Shown in pieces: positions 37,887 through 47,707 of a stretch of 64,000 bases of DNA; the stretch's first letter is position 1, and each line of letters begins with the position of its first letter. The notes under the pieces were generated by a model. The model saw only the letters and a list, made by a program, of their open reading frames with translations. It did not search any database and was not told the origin of the DNA. A program made the translations under genes and the position numbers. Source of the stretch: Anaeromyxobacteraceae bacterium (GTDB lineage: Bacteria; Myxococcota; Myxococcia; Myxococcales; Anaeromyxobacteraceae); NCBI GenBank assembly GCA_047602405.1, contig JASGHJ010000001.1, positions 1,792,001 to 1,856,000 on the forward strand, given 5' to 3'.

Positions 37887-39322
37887 GGCAGCTCGACGAC
37901 GGCGCGGGTCCCGCGGCCGGGGTCGCTCTCGAGCCAGACGTTCCCGCCGAAGCCCTCGACGAGGCCGCGGGCGATGGCGAGGCCGAGGCCCGCGCCCTCG
38001 CCGGCGGGCTTCGTGGTGAAGAAGGGATCGAACGCCCGCCGGAGCACGTCCGCCGGCATGCCGCGGCCCTCGTCGGCCACCGTGATCCGGATTGACCCTG
38101 GCCGGTGCTCGGCGGCGACCCTCACGCGCCCGCCCTGGCCGGCCGGGTAGGCCTCGGCCGCGTTCGTGAGGAGGTGGCCCAGCACCTGCGCCAGGGCCTC
38201 CGGCTGCGCGCGCACCCACACGTCGGGCCCCGTGGCGAGCTCGAAGGAGAGCTGCGCGCGCACGCGCGGCCCGAGGTCGTCGAACGCGCGCCGCACCGTG
38301 GCGCCGACCTGCGCGCGGCCGCCGGGCGCGATGCCGGCGATGCGCCCGGCGTCGACGAGCTTGCGCACGAGGTCGTTGATGCGGGTCATCGCCTGCAGCG
38401 ACTCGTCGACGACCTCGGCCACGTCCGCGGGCTCGTCCGTCCCCTCGGCGGTGGCCTGGCGCAGCCAGCGCAGGTTGGCGGTCACGACCGAGGCGGGGTT
38501 GTTCACCTCGTGCGCCACGCCCTTCGCGAACTGGCCGAGCGCGGCGAGCCGCTCGGACTGCGAGAGCGCCGCCTCGGCGCGGGCGAGCTCGGCGGTGCGC
38601 TGCTCCACCTCCACCGCGAGCTGGGCGCGCATCCGCTCGAGCGCGCCCGCGTCCTCCGCGAAGCGCTCGGTGACCGCCCAGTACACGGCGAGGATGGGGA
38701 TCACGAAGCCGGTGTCGAGGAGGTAGGGGAGCTCCAGCGGCAGGCTGGTCGCGAGCGCGTCGTTCCACCCGAAGAGCACGAGCGCCACGTACGCGAGCAC
38801 GTGCACGCCGGCGTGCGGCACGCCGCGCCGCCAGGTCGCGAGGAAGCGCACGAGCGGCACGAGCCCGGCGACGAGCAGGAACGCCATGAGCGCGTTGCCG
38901 AGGTCGTTCGGGAGCGCGTCCCGGTAGACGACGCCGAAGGGCGGGAAGGGGTGATCCTTGAACGTCCCCGAGTGGCCGAGCCCGGCGAGGAAGACCGCGG
39001 CGGCGGCGAGCAAGGCCCAGCCGAGCGGACGCACCGCGCGCGCCGGCGTCACCGCGGAGTAGGCCTGCGAGTAGCGCAGCCAGGCCCAGCCGTGGGCCAT
39101 GGCGATCGCGATCTGCACGCGCGACGCCCAGAGGACCACGTCGTCGGGCTGGTGCAGGGAGGTCGCGAGGTTGCAGAACGCGTAGCCGGCCGCGGTCAGC
39201 GCGACGAGCGAGAAGCGGTGCTGGTCGCGGAACCCGGGGACGAGGGAGAGGCGCCGCGACATCACGCCCGCCAGCACCGCGATGGTGGCGGCGGCGATCG
39301 AGATGGCCGCGGCGAGGTTCAC
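37823..39322 (-). CDS. Membrane (approx. 7-TM) sensor histidine kinase
   Basis: SERLAALGQFAKGVAHEVNNP, DEGRGM, FDPFFTTKP, GLGLAIA; GTG overlaps rpe stop. Confidence 0.9.
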   Translation of the reverse strand: MNLAAAISIAAATIAVLAGVMSRRLSLVPGFRDQHRFSLVALTAAGYAFCNLATSLHQPDDVVLWASRVQIAIAMAHGWAWLRYSQAYSAVTPARAVRPLGWALLAAAAVFLAGLGHSGTFKDHPFPPFGVVYRDALPNDLGNALMAFLLVAGLVPLVRFLATWRRGVPHAGVHVLAYVALVLFGWNDALATSLPLELPYLLDTGFVIPILAVYWAVTERFAEDAGALERMRAQLAVEVEQRTAELARAEAALSQSERLAALGQFAKGVAHEVNNPASVVTANLRWLRQATAEGTDEPADVAEVVDESLQAMTRINDLVRKLVDAGRIAGIAPGGRAQVGATVRRAFDDLGPRVRAQLSFELATGPDVWVRAQPEALAQVLGHLLTNAAEAYPAGQGGRVRVAAEHRPGSIRITVADEGRGMPADVLRRAFDPFFTTKPAGEGAGLGLAIARGLVEGFGGNVWLESDPGRGTRAVVELPSFDSVHPERSREAAESKGSG

Positions 39323-40002
39323 CCGCCGGTGCTCCGCGCGACGAGCGCGGCAGCGCGGAGGTCCGCGATGGCCTTCTGGTAGTCCGCCTGCCCGAACACG
39401 GCGGTGCCCGCGACGAGCATGTTGGCGCCCGCGGCGGCGACGGGGCCGACCGTGTCGGGCTTCAGGCCGCCGTCGACCTCGATCTCGAGGCCGGGGTGGC
39501 GCTTCTCGGCCATCGCGCGGAGGCGGCGGATCTTCTCCGTGACGGCGGGGATGTACTTCTGCCCGCCGAAGCCGGGGTTCACGCTCATGAGGAGGACCAT
39601 CTCGAGGTCCTCGAGCACGTAGTCGATGGCCTCGAGCCCGGTGGACGGGTTGAGCGCCACCGCGGGCTTCCCGCCCGCGGCGCGGATCGCCTGCAGGGTC
39701 CGGTGGAGGTGCGGCGAGACCTCGGCGTGGACCGAGACCAGGTTCGCGCCGGCCTTCACGAACGCCTCCACGTACTTCTCCGGCTCGACGATCATGAGGT
39801 GAACGTCCACGGTGAGCTTCGTCACCTTGCGGACGGCCTCGACGATCAGCGGGCCGATGGTGATGTTCGGCACGAACCGGCCGTCCATCACGTCGACGTG
39901 GACGACGTCGGCCCCGGCGGCCTCGATGGCCCGGACCTCGTCGGCGAGGCGGCCGAAGTCGGCGGAGAGGATGGACGGGGCGATGCGGATGGGGAGCGCC
40001 AT
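39319..40002 (-). CDS. rpe: Ribulose-phosphate 3-epimerase
   Basis: IAPSILSADF, HVDVMDGRFVPNITIG, MSVNPGFGGQ, EVDGG. Confidence 0.97.
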   Translation of the reverse strand: MALPIRIAPSILSADFGRLADEVRAIEAAGADVVHVDVMDGRFVPNITIGPLIVEAVRKVTKLTVDVHLMIVEPEKYVEAFVKAGANLVSVHAEVSPHLHRTLQAIRAAGGKPAVALNPSTGLEAIDYVLEDLEMVLLMSVNPGFGGQKYIPAVTEKIRRLRAMAEKRHPGLEIEVDGGLKPDTVGPVAAAGANMLVAGTAVFGQADYQKAIADLRAAALVARSTGG

Positions 40003-40077
40003 CCGGCCAGTGTATGCGACCGCCGCCGGGGGTGGGGCCCCGATCCAGCCCTCGTCAGGCCCGGGGTGGTCGGGAGA

Positions 40078-41298
40078 TCAGAAGGCCTGGTTGAAGGCGA
40101 CGTAGCCGGTGAAGCCGCCCGGGCGCCAGGCGACGTCGGCGGCGAGGCTCGCGAGCGAGCGGCGGTCCATGGTGAGCCGGAGTCCCCCGCTCGCCGCCGG
40201 CCAGGCCCGGTTGAAGTCCGGCCAGCCCCGCACGTCGTCGCGGTCGCTCGCCGCGTGCATGCTCCCGCCGAGGGCGAAGGAGAGGAACTGCCAGGCCGCC
40301 ACCCGGAGCTCGGCCTCGGCGCCGACGAGGTCGCGGCCCACGTGGCGCCCGGCGATCCAGCCGCGGGAGGCCCGCATCTCCGGGTCCCGGCCGCTCGTGG
40401 GGAGCATGAAGTAGGGCGTCCTCCCGAAGGCCGACCACCCGTACGCCCAGAGCGCGAGCGAGGCCCAGGGCGCCACCGGCAGGTACGCACGGCCCTCGGC
40501 CCAGAGCGACTCCCAGGTCTGCTCGGAGCCGGCCCACTCCGGCTCGATCCGGAGCCGCACGAGCGCGTACGTCCCGCGCCAGGGGTCGAGCGGGTTGTCG
40601 CGCGCGTCGAGGAGCAGGCTGCCGACGAAGCCCGACGAGACCGTCCGGCCGGACACCCCGTAGCCGTAGGCGGTGAACGGCGTCGCCTCCCCGCGCGCGG
40701 CGCGCTCGTCGCGCATGCCGTGGTCGTCGTCGAGGAAGTAGCCGATCCCCGCGTACACCGGCCCCGCGATCCGGCGGTACGCCGTCTCGTGCAGCTTCAG
40801 CTCGCGCATGTCGACGGTGGTCTCGGCCGAGTCCGGCTGGTCGCCACCGAGCCCCCACGCCGGACGCGGGAAGTGGTTGACCGTGAAGTCGCCCACGAGG
40901 ATCCAGTCGTTCGAGGGCAGGTGGAGCTGCGAGCGCAGGTTCACGCTGCGCTGGCTCCGCGTGGTCGCGAGCACGCTCGCCGCGAGGGTCGAGAACGGCG
41001 TGTCCGCCGAGCGGCCGGCCCGGAAGCTCACCGCGCCCGCCACCCCGAAGCCCACGCCGATGAGCGGGTTCGAGATCACGAACGGCACGGCGGTGAAGCG
41101 GGCCCTCCCGGACGCCTCTGCCTTCGGCTCCGCCCGCCGGAACCCGAGCCCGCCCGCGATCCACTCCGGCAGGTCCTCGTCCATGGCCGGCCGCCCGGGG
41201 ACCTCGGCGACGGGCGGCACCACGGGCACGTCGGGCACCGCACCCCGGGCGCCAGTGAGCGGCGCGGCGACGAGGAGGGCGGCGAGCGCACGGCGCAT
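40078..41298 (-). CDS. Omp85/BamA-TamA-like beta-barrel without POTRA domains
   Basis: Signal peptide; DARDNPLDPWRG, RGWIAGRHVGRD (loop-6-like), C-terminal YVAFNQAF. Confidence 0.7.
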   Translation of the reverse strand: MRRALAALLVAAPLTGARGAVPDVPVVPPVAEVPGRPAMDEDLPEWIAGGLGFRRAEPKAEASGRARFTAVPFVISNPLIGVGFGVAGAVSFRAGRSADTPFSTLAASVLATTRSQRSVNLRSQLHLPSNDWILVGDFTVNHFPRPAWGLGGDQPDSAETTVDMRELKLHETAYRRIAGPVYAGIGYFLDDDHGMRDERAARGEATPFTAYGYGVSGRTVSSGFVGSLLLDARDNPLDPWRGTYALVRLRIEPEWAGSEQTWESLWAEGRAYLPVAPWASLALWAYGWSAFGRTPYFMLPTSGRDPEMRASRGWIAGRHVGRDLVGAEAELRVAAWQFLSFALGGSMHAASDRDDVRGWPDFNRAWPAASGGLRLTMDRRSLASLAADVAWRPGGFTGYVAFNQAF

Positions 41299-41301
41299 CC
41301 C

Positions 41302-42879
41302 CTACCGCGCCCTGCAGGCCGACACCTCGGTGCGCGCGGCGGAGAGCGCCTCCCGGGGCGGCGCGGACAGGTGCTCCGGCGCCTGGGGCTCCGGCGGCCG
41401 GTCCGGGCACCGGCGGGTGTGGCAGGCCTCGGCGCGCGCGAGCGCCGCCCGTGCGGCGGGACACTGGCCCTGCGCCGCGAGGGCCCGGGCGAGGGTGAGG
41501 TTGCCGCGCACGCTCCAGGGCACCCCCTTCACGACGGAAGTTGCGAGCGCCGCCGCGTCGGCCGGGCGCCCCATTTCGAGGCGGAGCTCGGCGGCGCGCA
41601 GCTCGACCACCGGGTCGCCCTTCCCGAGCGCCACCGCCTTGTCCGTGGCGGCGTCCCGTTCGGCGCCCGCGGGGAGCGCCGCCGCGAGCAACACCCACGC
41701 GCGCGCGTCCCCGGGCCCCTTCTCCACCGCGAGCCGGGCGGCGGTCGCCACACCCTCGGGTCCGGCGAGCTCCGCCTTCGCGACCAGCGCCGCGGCGTGT
41801 CCGGGCGAGACGAGGAGCAACTCGTTCGCCTCGCGATCGTAGGGATCACGCAGGTCGATCCCGCGGTAGAGGGCCAGGCGGGCGGCGCGCGCGTCCACGC
41901 AGGACAGCGGCGCGCGCGCCACCGTGAAGGACTCCAGCTCCACGGGGTAGCCCAGCGCCTGGTAACGTTCCCGGCGGGTGTACTGCTTGAGCTGGGCGTC
42001 GAGCTTCTCGAGCCCCTCGGTCTTCCCCGGCGCGAGGTCGGGAAAGGCCGCGCTCCATGCGGCGCCCGGCTCCTGGTCACCCGCGAGCCGCTTCAGGTAG
42101 TCGTTGAAGGCGGCCGTGCGCGTCGTGGCGAGGAGGTGCGTGAGCATGAAGGACTGGTAGTAGAAGCCCACGACACGCGGCCCACCCTGCGTGCGGGCGA
42201 GGTCGAACACGTCGCACATGGAGAGCGCGAGCAGCTCCTGCGTCGGGAAGAGCTCGGCGTAGCGCTTGAGGTCGAGGGTCTCCTCGTTGGGGACCCCCAC
42301 CCAGGCGGTGTCCGCCTCCACGCGCGTCGCCTCGAGGTAGGTGGCGAGCCCCCGGGACAGCCAGGGCGGCGGGGCGGGGATCGCGAGGTGGGTGAGGACG
42401 TAGGCGAGGGCGTAGTTCGCGTAGAGGCGCTCCCGCGTGTCGAGCCCCTTGGGCTTCATGACGTTCGCCCGCGGGTCGGAGCCCCTGAGCTGCATGACGA
42501 TGACGACCTCGTCGTCGCTCGTCGCCGCGTAGGAGAAGGACAGGTAGTGGGCGAGCACGCCCTGGTCGATTGTCGTGTAGTAGGCGTAGGCGGGGAGCGC
42601 GAACGGCACGGCGTACACGCGCACGTGCACCGGCGGCAGGTTCTTGAAGACGCTCGCCCGCAACGCCTCCCGGGTCTGCTCCAGTCCGGCGGTGAGCTCC
42701 CGCGCGAGCAGCTCATCGAGCTCGGTCACGACGGTCACGCCCGGCGCGTCGTAGCGGGCCCACTTCGTCGGCTCGCCGGCGCGGCACTCGAGGCCGGTCG
42801 AGGGCCGCAGCGGCCCGGTCGCGCAGGCGGCGAGCAGGGCGGCGAGCCAGGGGAGGGTGCGGCGGGCGGCGTGGCGCAA
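41302..42879 (-). CDS. Lipoprotein with degenerate zincin-like (DUF1570-like) domain and TPR-like C-terminus
   Basis: TTG with AGGAGG SD; lipobox LAAC; PPWLSRGLATYLE, FYYQSFMLTHLL; Ala-rich helical repeats. Confidence 0.7.
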   Translation of the reverse strand: MRHAARRTLPWLAALLAACATGPLRPSTGLECRAGEPTKWARYDAPGVTVVTELDELLARELTAGLEQTREALRASVFKNLPPVHVRVYAVPFALPAYAYYTTIDQGVLAHYLSFSYAATSDDEVVIVMQLRGSDPRANVMKPKGLDTRERLYANYALAYVLTHLAIPAPPPWLSRGLATYLEATRVEADTAWVGVPNEETLDLKRYAELFPTQELLALSMCDVFDLARTQGGPRVVGFYYQSFMLTHLLATTRTAAFNDYLKRLAGDQEPGAAWSAAFPDLAPGKTEGLEKLDAQLKQYTRRERYQALGYPVELESFTVARAPLSCVDARAARLALYRGIDLRDPYDREANELLLVSPGHAAALVAKAELAGPEGVATAARLAVEKGPGDARAWVLLAAALPAGAERDAATDKAVALGKGDPVVELRAAELRLEMGRPADAAALATSVVKGVPWSVRGNLTLARALAAQGQCPAARAALARAEACHTRRCPDRPPEPQAPEHLSAPPREALSAARTEVSACRAR

Positions 42880-43006
42880 GGTCGGCCTCCTCCCGGCAAG
42901 CTAGCATCCTCCATCCGCTCACGGTGAAATACCGTCGGGGAGGGCCGGTCGGGTACACTCGGCGAGCTCGGAGAAGACCACGCCGCTCGTCCTCGACATC
43001 CCCACC

Positions 43007-43822
43007 GTGAACGTGGCCATGGGCGCCGTGAGCCTCGCGCTCGCGGCCGCGATGTTCGCGGGCCGCACCCAGCGGGTCTCTCCGGGCTACGGGCTGTGGG
43101 TCGCCGGCAACGTGGGGCTGGCGCTCTCGCAGGTCGTGCTCGCGCTGCAGGGCCTGGCGGTCCCGCCGGCGAGCGTGGTCCTCTCGAACGTCCTCGTGAC
43201 CGCCAGGTTCATCCTGGACACCGGGGGCCTCGAGCGCTTCACGGGTCGGGAGCCGCGGTGGATGACCCACGCGGCGGGGCTCGCCGCCGCGGCCGTGATC
43301 TCGGCGGTCTTCACGCTCGTCGTCCCGGCACCCGCCGTCCGCGCCTGGACGCTGACGGGCCTGTGCACGGCCTGGACCTTCTGGGCGCTCGCGCTCGTCG
43401 TCCGGGACGTCCCGCGGCAGCTCGGCGCGCCCTCCCGGCTCGCGGCGGCGGCGTTCGGGCTCGAGGCGTTCTGGTCGGCGGTGCGGATGATCCACCTGGC
43501 CGCCGCGGCGGGCGGCGATCCCGCGGGGCCCGCCGAGACCAACTGGCAGGGGACCTTCTTCGTCGTCTTCACGGCGCTCACGGTGGTGACGACGGTCGCG
43601 CTGATCTCCCTGCACACGCGCCGGGTCGAGGTCGAGCTCGCCGCAGCCCGGGCCACGCTCGCCACCCTGAACGGCGTCGTGGTCAGCTGTCCGAGCTGCC
43701 GTCGCGTGCGGGACGGCGAGCGGTGGCTGGACGTCGCGGAGCTGGCGCGCGTGCGGCGGGAGGAGGATCCCGCGCGCGCGCTCTGCCCGGAGTGCAGCGG
43801 GAAGGTGTACGGGAGAAGGTAG
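43007..43822 (+). CDS. Multi-TM protein with C-terminal CxxC...CxxC domain (start possibly ACG 42980)
   Basis: About 7 hydrophobic segments, short coiled coil, CPSCRRVRD...W...LCPEC. Confidence 0.75.
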   Translation: MNVAMGAVSLALAAAMFAGRTQRVSPGYGLWVAGNVGLALSQVVLALQGLAVPPASVVLSNVLVTARFILDTGGLERFTGREPRWMTHAAGLAAAAVISAVFTLVVPAPAVRAWTLTGLCTAWTFWALALVVRDVPRQLGAPSRLAAAAFGLEAFWSAVRMIHLAAAAGGDPAGPAETNWQGTFFVVFTALTVVTTVALISLHTRRVEVELAAARATLATLNGVVVSCPSCRRVRDGERWLDVAELARVRREEDPARALCPECSGKVYGRR

Positions 43823-43915
43823 GGGGCGCGAGGTGGGGAGGTCGGGCGCCTCATCCCGAATGCGGGCCGTCCACTCTCGCCTCGCCCATCGTGAGCGCCG
43901 GCCGCCCACCCACGC

Positions 43916-43965
43916 CCGCTCATCCTGAGCGTAGGCCTGCCGGAGGCAGGCCGGAGTCGAAGGAT
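43916..43965 (+). repeat. REP-like repeat copy D
   Basis: CCGCTCATCCTGAGCGTA-GGCCTGCC-GGA-GGCAGGCC-GGAGTCGAAGGAT. Confidence 0.9.
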
Positions 43966-44142
43966 GAGGCCCTCTCGGTGTGGGGATCCGCGGCTGGCGC
44001 AGGGCGGGGTTCTAGGTTCGAGCCCGCACCACGGTGAGGCGGTTGTGAGGGGGAGAGGGGCGGCTCGGATTCGTGGCTCAGCGGCGGGCGCGCTCGCGTA
44101 GCGGTGACTGTGGGTAAACCCATCAGGGACGCTCAGGGCCCA

Positions 44143-44195
44143 TGGACAGGTTCACCTCGCGTGTTATGGTGCTGAACGGACGTTCACATGAGGTA
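44143..44195 (+). promoter_or_regulatory. Sigma-70 promoter with LexA-box-like palindrome and SD
   Basis: TGGACA-N16-TATGGT with extended TGn; CTGAAC-GGAC-GTTCAC at 44172-44187; GAGGT follows. Confidence 0.7.
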
Positions 44196-44197
44196 AG

Positions 44198-45237
44198 CCT
44201 CAGCTCGCTGAGGAGCTCGCGAGCGGGCGACTCAACCTGTCCCAGCTCAAGATTGTCGGGCCGCTCCTCACGCCGGCGAACGTGACGGACCTGTTCGCCC
44301 AGGTGGCGGGGCTGTCCAAGGTGAAGACCCAGCAGCTCGTCGTCTCGATCCAGCCGAAGGTCGTTCCGGCGGACGGGATCGGAAGCTGCCCGCGCCGAAG
44401 CTCGCGACGGCGGCGTCAGCGGCTGGGCGGGGATCCGTCGCGGCGTCGGTTGCGGGTTCTGTCGCCACGCCCGCGGCGAGCGCAGACGCCCCTTGTGGGC
44501 CATCTCCGGAGATGGGAGACGGGCCTCTGCCAACCCGGCAAGTCCTCTCGCTCTCGGCTCCGGTCGCACCACCTCGCCTCGCGGCGGCGCGGCCTCCCGA
44601 CCGTGGCGAGATCGTGGCCGTTGCCAAGGACGACTTCCAGCTCCGGGCGCACCTGGACGGCGAGACGAAGCGGCTCTTCGATCAGCTCGCCGAGGTCGTC
44701 TCCCACGCGATCCCGGACCGCGCGCCGTCGAAGCTCCTCGCGATGATGGTCCGGGATTCGCTCGAGGCGCAGCAGCGCAAGCGGGGGCTCCTGAAGCCGA
44801 TGCGCGCGCGCAAGCCGGCGCCGGCGAAGTCGCCGACCCCGGGCGTTCGCCAGCCGGTGTTCGCCGAGGTGCGGCGGCAGGTGCTCGAGCGCGATGGGAA
44901 CCGGTGCACGATCACATCCCACGACGGGGAGCGGTGCCCGGTCACCGACGGATTGGAGATGGAGCACATCGAGGGGGCGCTCGTGACGGGGTCCTCGACG
45001 GCCGAGGAGCTCCGCGCCTGGTGCAAGCCGCACAACGGCTACCTCGCGGTCCTGAAGTTCGGGGCGGACTTCGTCGACCGGAAGATCGAGGGGGCGCGGG
45101 AGGCGAAGCGTGAGGCGAAGCGGGCGAGTGGGTCGGGGGAGGAGGGCTCGGAGGCGTCCGAAGCAGCCAACGGCGACGGCACGCCTCGCGATCCGGTCGC
45201 CGGTGAGACGGTCGCCGAGTACGGTGCCGCAGCCTGA
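44198..45237 (+). pseudogene. Myxobacterial HNH-endonuclease-family gene remnant (5' deleted, frameshift near 44380)
   Basis: No start codon before PQLAEELASGRLNLSQLKIVGPLLTPANV; ATC-(C)GG-AAG shift joins the 44512 ORF with VRRQVLERDGNRC...C...EMEH...CKPHN. Confidence 0.75.
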
Positions 45238-45282
45238 GGAGGAGAGGCAGCCTCCGCGTGCCTGCGGCCGCGTCGGGGCGGG

Positions 45283-46611
45283 CTAGCGGACCAGCCGAGA
45301 CGCGTAGAAGCCGTCGGCGCCGTGCTCGCGCGGCAGCGTCACGAGATCGCCGTGCGCGTCCAGCACGTCCGCGGGGAAGCCGACGGGCGGCGGGGCGCGG
45401 CGGAAGCCCTGCGCCACGAGCGACGCCGTGACCTCCGGGCCCTCGGCCCGGGAGAGCGAGCAGATGGCGTACGTGACCGGGGCGCCGGGGCGGGCGTAGC
45501 GGGCGCAGCGCTCCGCGATCGCGCGCTGCACGGCGGCCATGCGCGGGAGGTCCTCGGGCTTGCGCCGGAGCTTCAGCTCGGGGTGACGGCGGAGCGTGCC
45601 GAGGCCGGCGCAGGGGGCGTCGACGAGCACGGCGTCGAAGCTCCCCTCCTCGAGCCCGGGCAACGGCTGCGAGGCGTCGGCCTGCACGACGCGCACGTTC
45701 AGGCCGCGGCGGGCGGCCTCGCGGGCGAGGGAGTCGGCCTTGCGCGGGTGGACCTCGACGGCGACGACCTCGGAGCCGGGGCCGAGCAGCTCGGCCAGGT
45801 GGAACGCCTTCCCGCCCGGCGCGGCGCACGCGTCGAGCACGCGGGCGCGCTGGCCGCGCAGGTCGCCGGCGGCCAGCAGCGACACGAGCTGGGCGGCCTC
45901 GTCCTGGACCTGGAAGACGAGCTCGCCGGCGGCGCGGGCGAGCTCGGCCACGGAGCCGGACGCGAGCGTGGCGCCGACGGGGGACCAGCGGGTGGGGGCG
46001 ATGGACAGGCCGGCGGCCTGCACGCGTTCGACGAGCGCGTCGCGCCCGGTGGACCGGACGGTCAGCGGCGCGGGGCGGTTCATCGCGGCGGCGAGGGCGA
46101 GCGCCGCCTCCGGCCCCAGCCACGCCACCCACTCCTCGGCGAGCCAGCGCGGCAAGGACTCCGCGGCGGCCACGTGGCCGGCGGGGTCGGCGTCGAGCGG
46201 AGGCGGCGCGGGGAGCTCGGGCTTCCGCGCCAGCGCGCGGAGCACGGCGTTCACGAAGCCGGAGGCGCGGCCGTGGTCCACGCCGCGGGCGAGCGTCACC
46301 GCCTCGCCGACGGCGGCGTGCGGCGGCGTGCGGAGGAACAGCAGCTCGTAGGCGCCCATCCGGAGCGCGACGCGCGCGGCGGGGTCGGCGGACGCGAGCG
46401 GCCGGTTGGCGTGCGGCGCGAGCGCGGCGTCGAGCGTGAGCGCGCGGCGGAGCGTGCCGTAGACGAGCTCGGTCGCGAGCCCCGCGTCGCGCGGATCGAG
46501 CGCGCCCGCGGCGCCGAGCGCGGCGTCGAGCGCGCGCGAGGCGTAGGCGCCGCCCTCCTCCACGCGGCGGAGCACCTCGAAGGCGACCTTGCGTCCGCTC
46601 GGGCCGGCCAT
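45283..46611 (-). CDS. rsmB: 16S rRNA m5C967 methyltransferase RsmB/Sun
   Basis: NusB-like N-terminus (ELVYGTLR, FVNAVLR); QVQDEAAQ, LDACAAPGGK, DAPCAGLGTLRRHPE. Confidence 0.93.
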   Translation of the reverse strand: MAGPSGRKVAFEVLRRVEEGGAYASRALDAALGAAGALDPRDAGLATELVYGTLRRALTLDAALAPHANRPLASADPAARVALRMGAYELLFLRTPPHAAVGEAVTLARGVDHGRASGFVNAVLRALARKPELPAPPPLDADPAGHVAAAESLPRWLAEEWVAWLGPEAALALAAAMNRPAPLTVRSTGRDALVERVQAAGLSIAPTRWSPVGATLASGSVAELARAAGELVFQVQDEAAQLVSLLAAGDLRGQRARVLDACAAPGGKAFHLAELLGPGSEVVAVEVHPRKADSLAREAARRGLNVRVVQADASQPLPGLEEGSFDAVLVDAPCAGLGTLRRHPELKLRRKPEDLPRMAAVQRAIAERCARYARPGAPVTYAICSLSRAEGPEVTASLVAQGFRRAPPPVGFPADVLDAHGDLVTLPREHGADGFYASRLVR

Positions 46612-47571
46612 CTACGTGCCCATCGCGAGCGTCCGGGCCCGCAGCCCGTTCGCGAAGTCGGCGGCCGCGACCGCGGCCTTGCCCTCGGGCTGCACCTTCG
46701 AGACGAGGAGCGCCGTCCCGCCGCCGCAGGCGACGAGGAGCCCCTGGCCCGGCACGGCGGTCGCGAACCCCGGCGCCGCGCCCGCGGGCAGCCCCGCCGG
46801 CGAGGCGGGGCGGGCCTCGACGAGCTTCAGGAGCTTCCCGGAGAGCGTCGTGAACGCGCCCGGCCAGGGCGTGAACGCCCGCAGGCGGTTCGCCACGACG
46901 TCGGCGCCGCGCGTGAAGTCCACGCGGCCGTCCTCCTTCTGGAGCGGGCGGGCGCGGGTGGCGCGGGCGTCGTCCTGCCTCACGGGCACCGCGCGCCCCG
47001 AGGAGAGGAGCGCGAGGCCCTCGACGAGCGCCTGGCCACCGAGGTCGGCGAGGCGCTCCGACAGCGTCTCCGCCGTGTCGTTCGGCTGGATGCGCTCCAC
47101 GCGCTGGAGGATCACGTGCCCCGTGTCGAGCCCCTCGTCCATCTGCATGATCGAGATCCCGGTCTCGGTCTCGCCGGAGGCGACGCTCCACTGGATGGGC
47201 GCGGCGCCGCGCCACCGCGGGAGGAGCGAGCCGTGCACGTTGACGGCGCCGAGCGGGGCGAGCTCGAGGAGGTCCCGCCCGAGGATCCGCCCGTAGGCCG
47301 CGACCGCGAGCACGTCCGGGCGGAGCGCCGCGAGGTCGGCGGCGAGCTTGCCGTCCCGGACCTTCTCCGGCTGCAGGACGGGTACACCGTGCCCGGTCGC
47401 CCACACCTTCGTGGGCGGCGGCCGGAGCGCCTGGCCCCGCCCGGCGGGCCGGTCGGGCTGGGCGACCACCGCGACGAGCCGATGACCCGCCACCGCGAGG
47501 GCGTCGAGGCCGGGGACCGCGAAGGCCGGCGTCCCCATGTAGACGACGCGCAGCGGGCGCCCGGGTTCCAT
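46612..47571 (-). CDS. fmt: Methionyl-tRNA formyltransferase
   Basis: YMGTPAFA, QPDRPAGRG, NVHGSLLPRWRGAAPIQ, MDEGLDTG. Confidence 0.97.
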   Translation of the reverse strand: MEPGRPLRVVYMGTPAFAVPGLDALAVAGHRLVAVVAQPDRPAGRGQALRPPPTKVWATGHGVPVLQPEKVRDGKLAADLAALRPDVLAVAAYGRILGRDLLELAPLGAVNVHGSLLPRWRGAAPIQWSVASGETETGISIMQMDEGLDTGHVILQRVERIQPNDTAETLSERLADLGGQALVEGLALLSSGRAVPVRQDDARATRARPLQKEDGRVDFTRGADVVANRLRAFTPWPGAFTTLSGKLLKLVEARPASPAGLPAGAAPGFATAVPGQGLLVACGGGTALLVSKVQPEGKAAVAAADFANGLRARTLAMGT

Positions 47572-47707
47572 GCCGACGCTGTATAGCCCGTGTCACCCCT
47601 CGGGGACGAGCGAAGACCCGGGGGTGGGGCGGGCGCGTTGCGGGGAGGGCGGGTCGGGATAGAATCGGCACCCGACTCGATCAGGACCGGAGAACGAGGA
47701 GTCCCGC

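Noticed and set aside
44012..44031. GGTTCGAGCCC...CACCA resembling a tRNA 3' end or att site
   Set aside because: The T-stem does not pair and no cloverleaf can be formed
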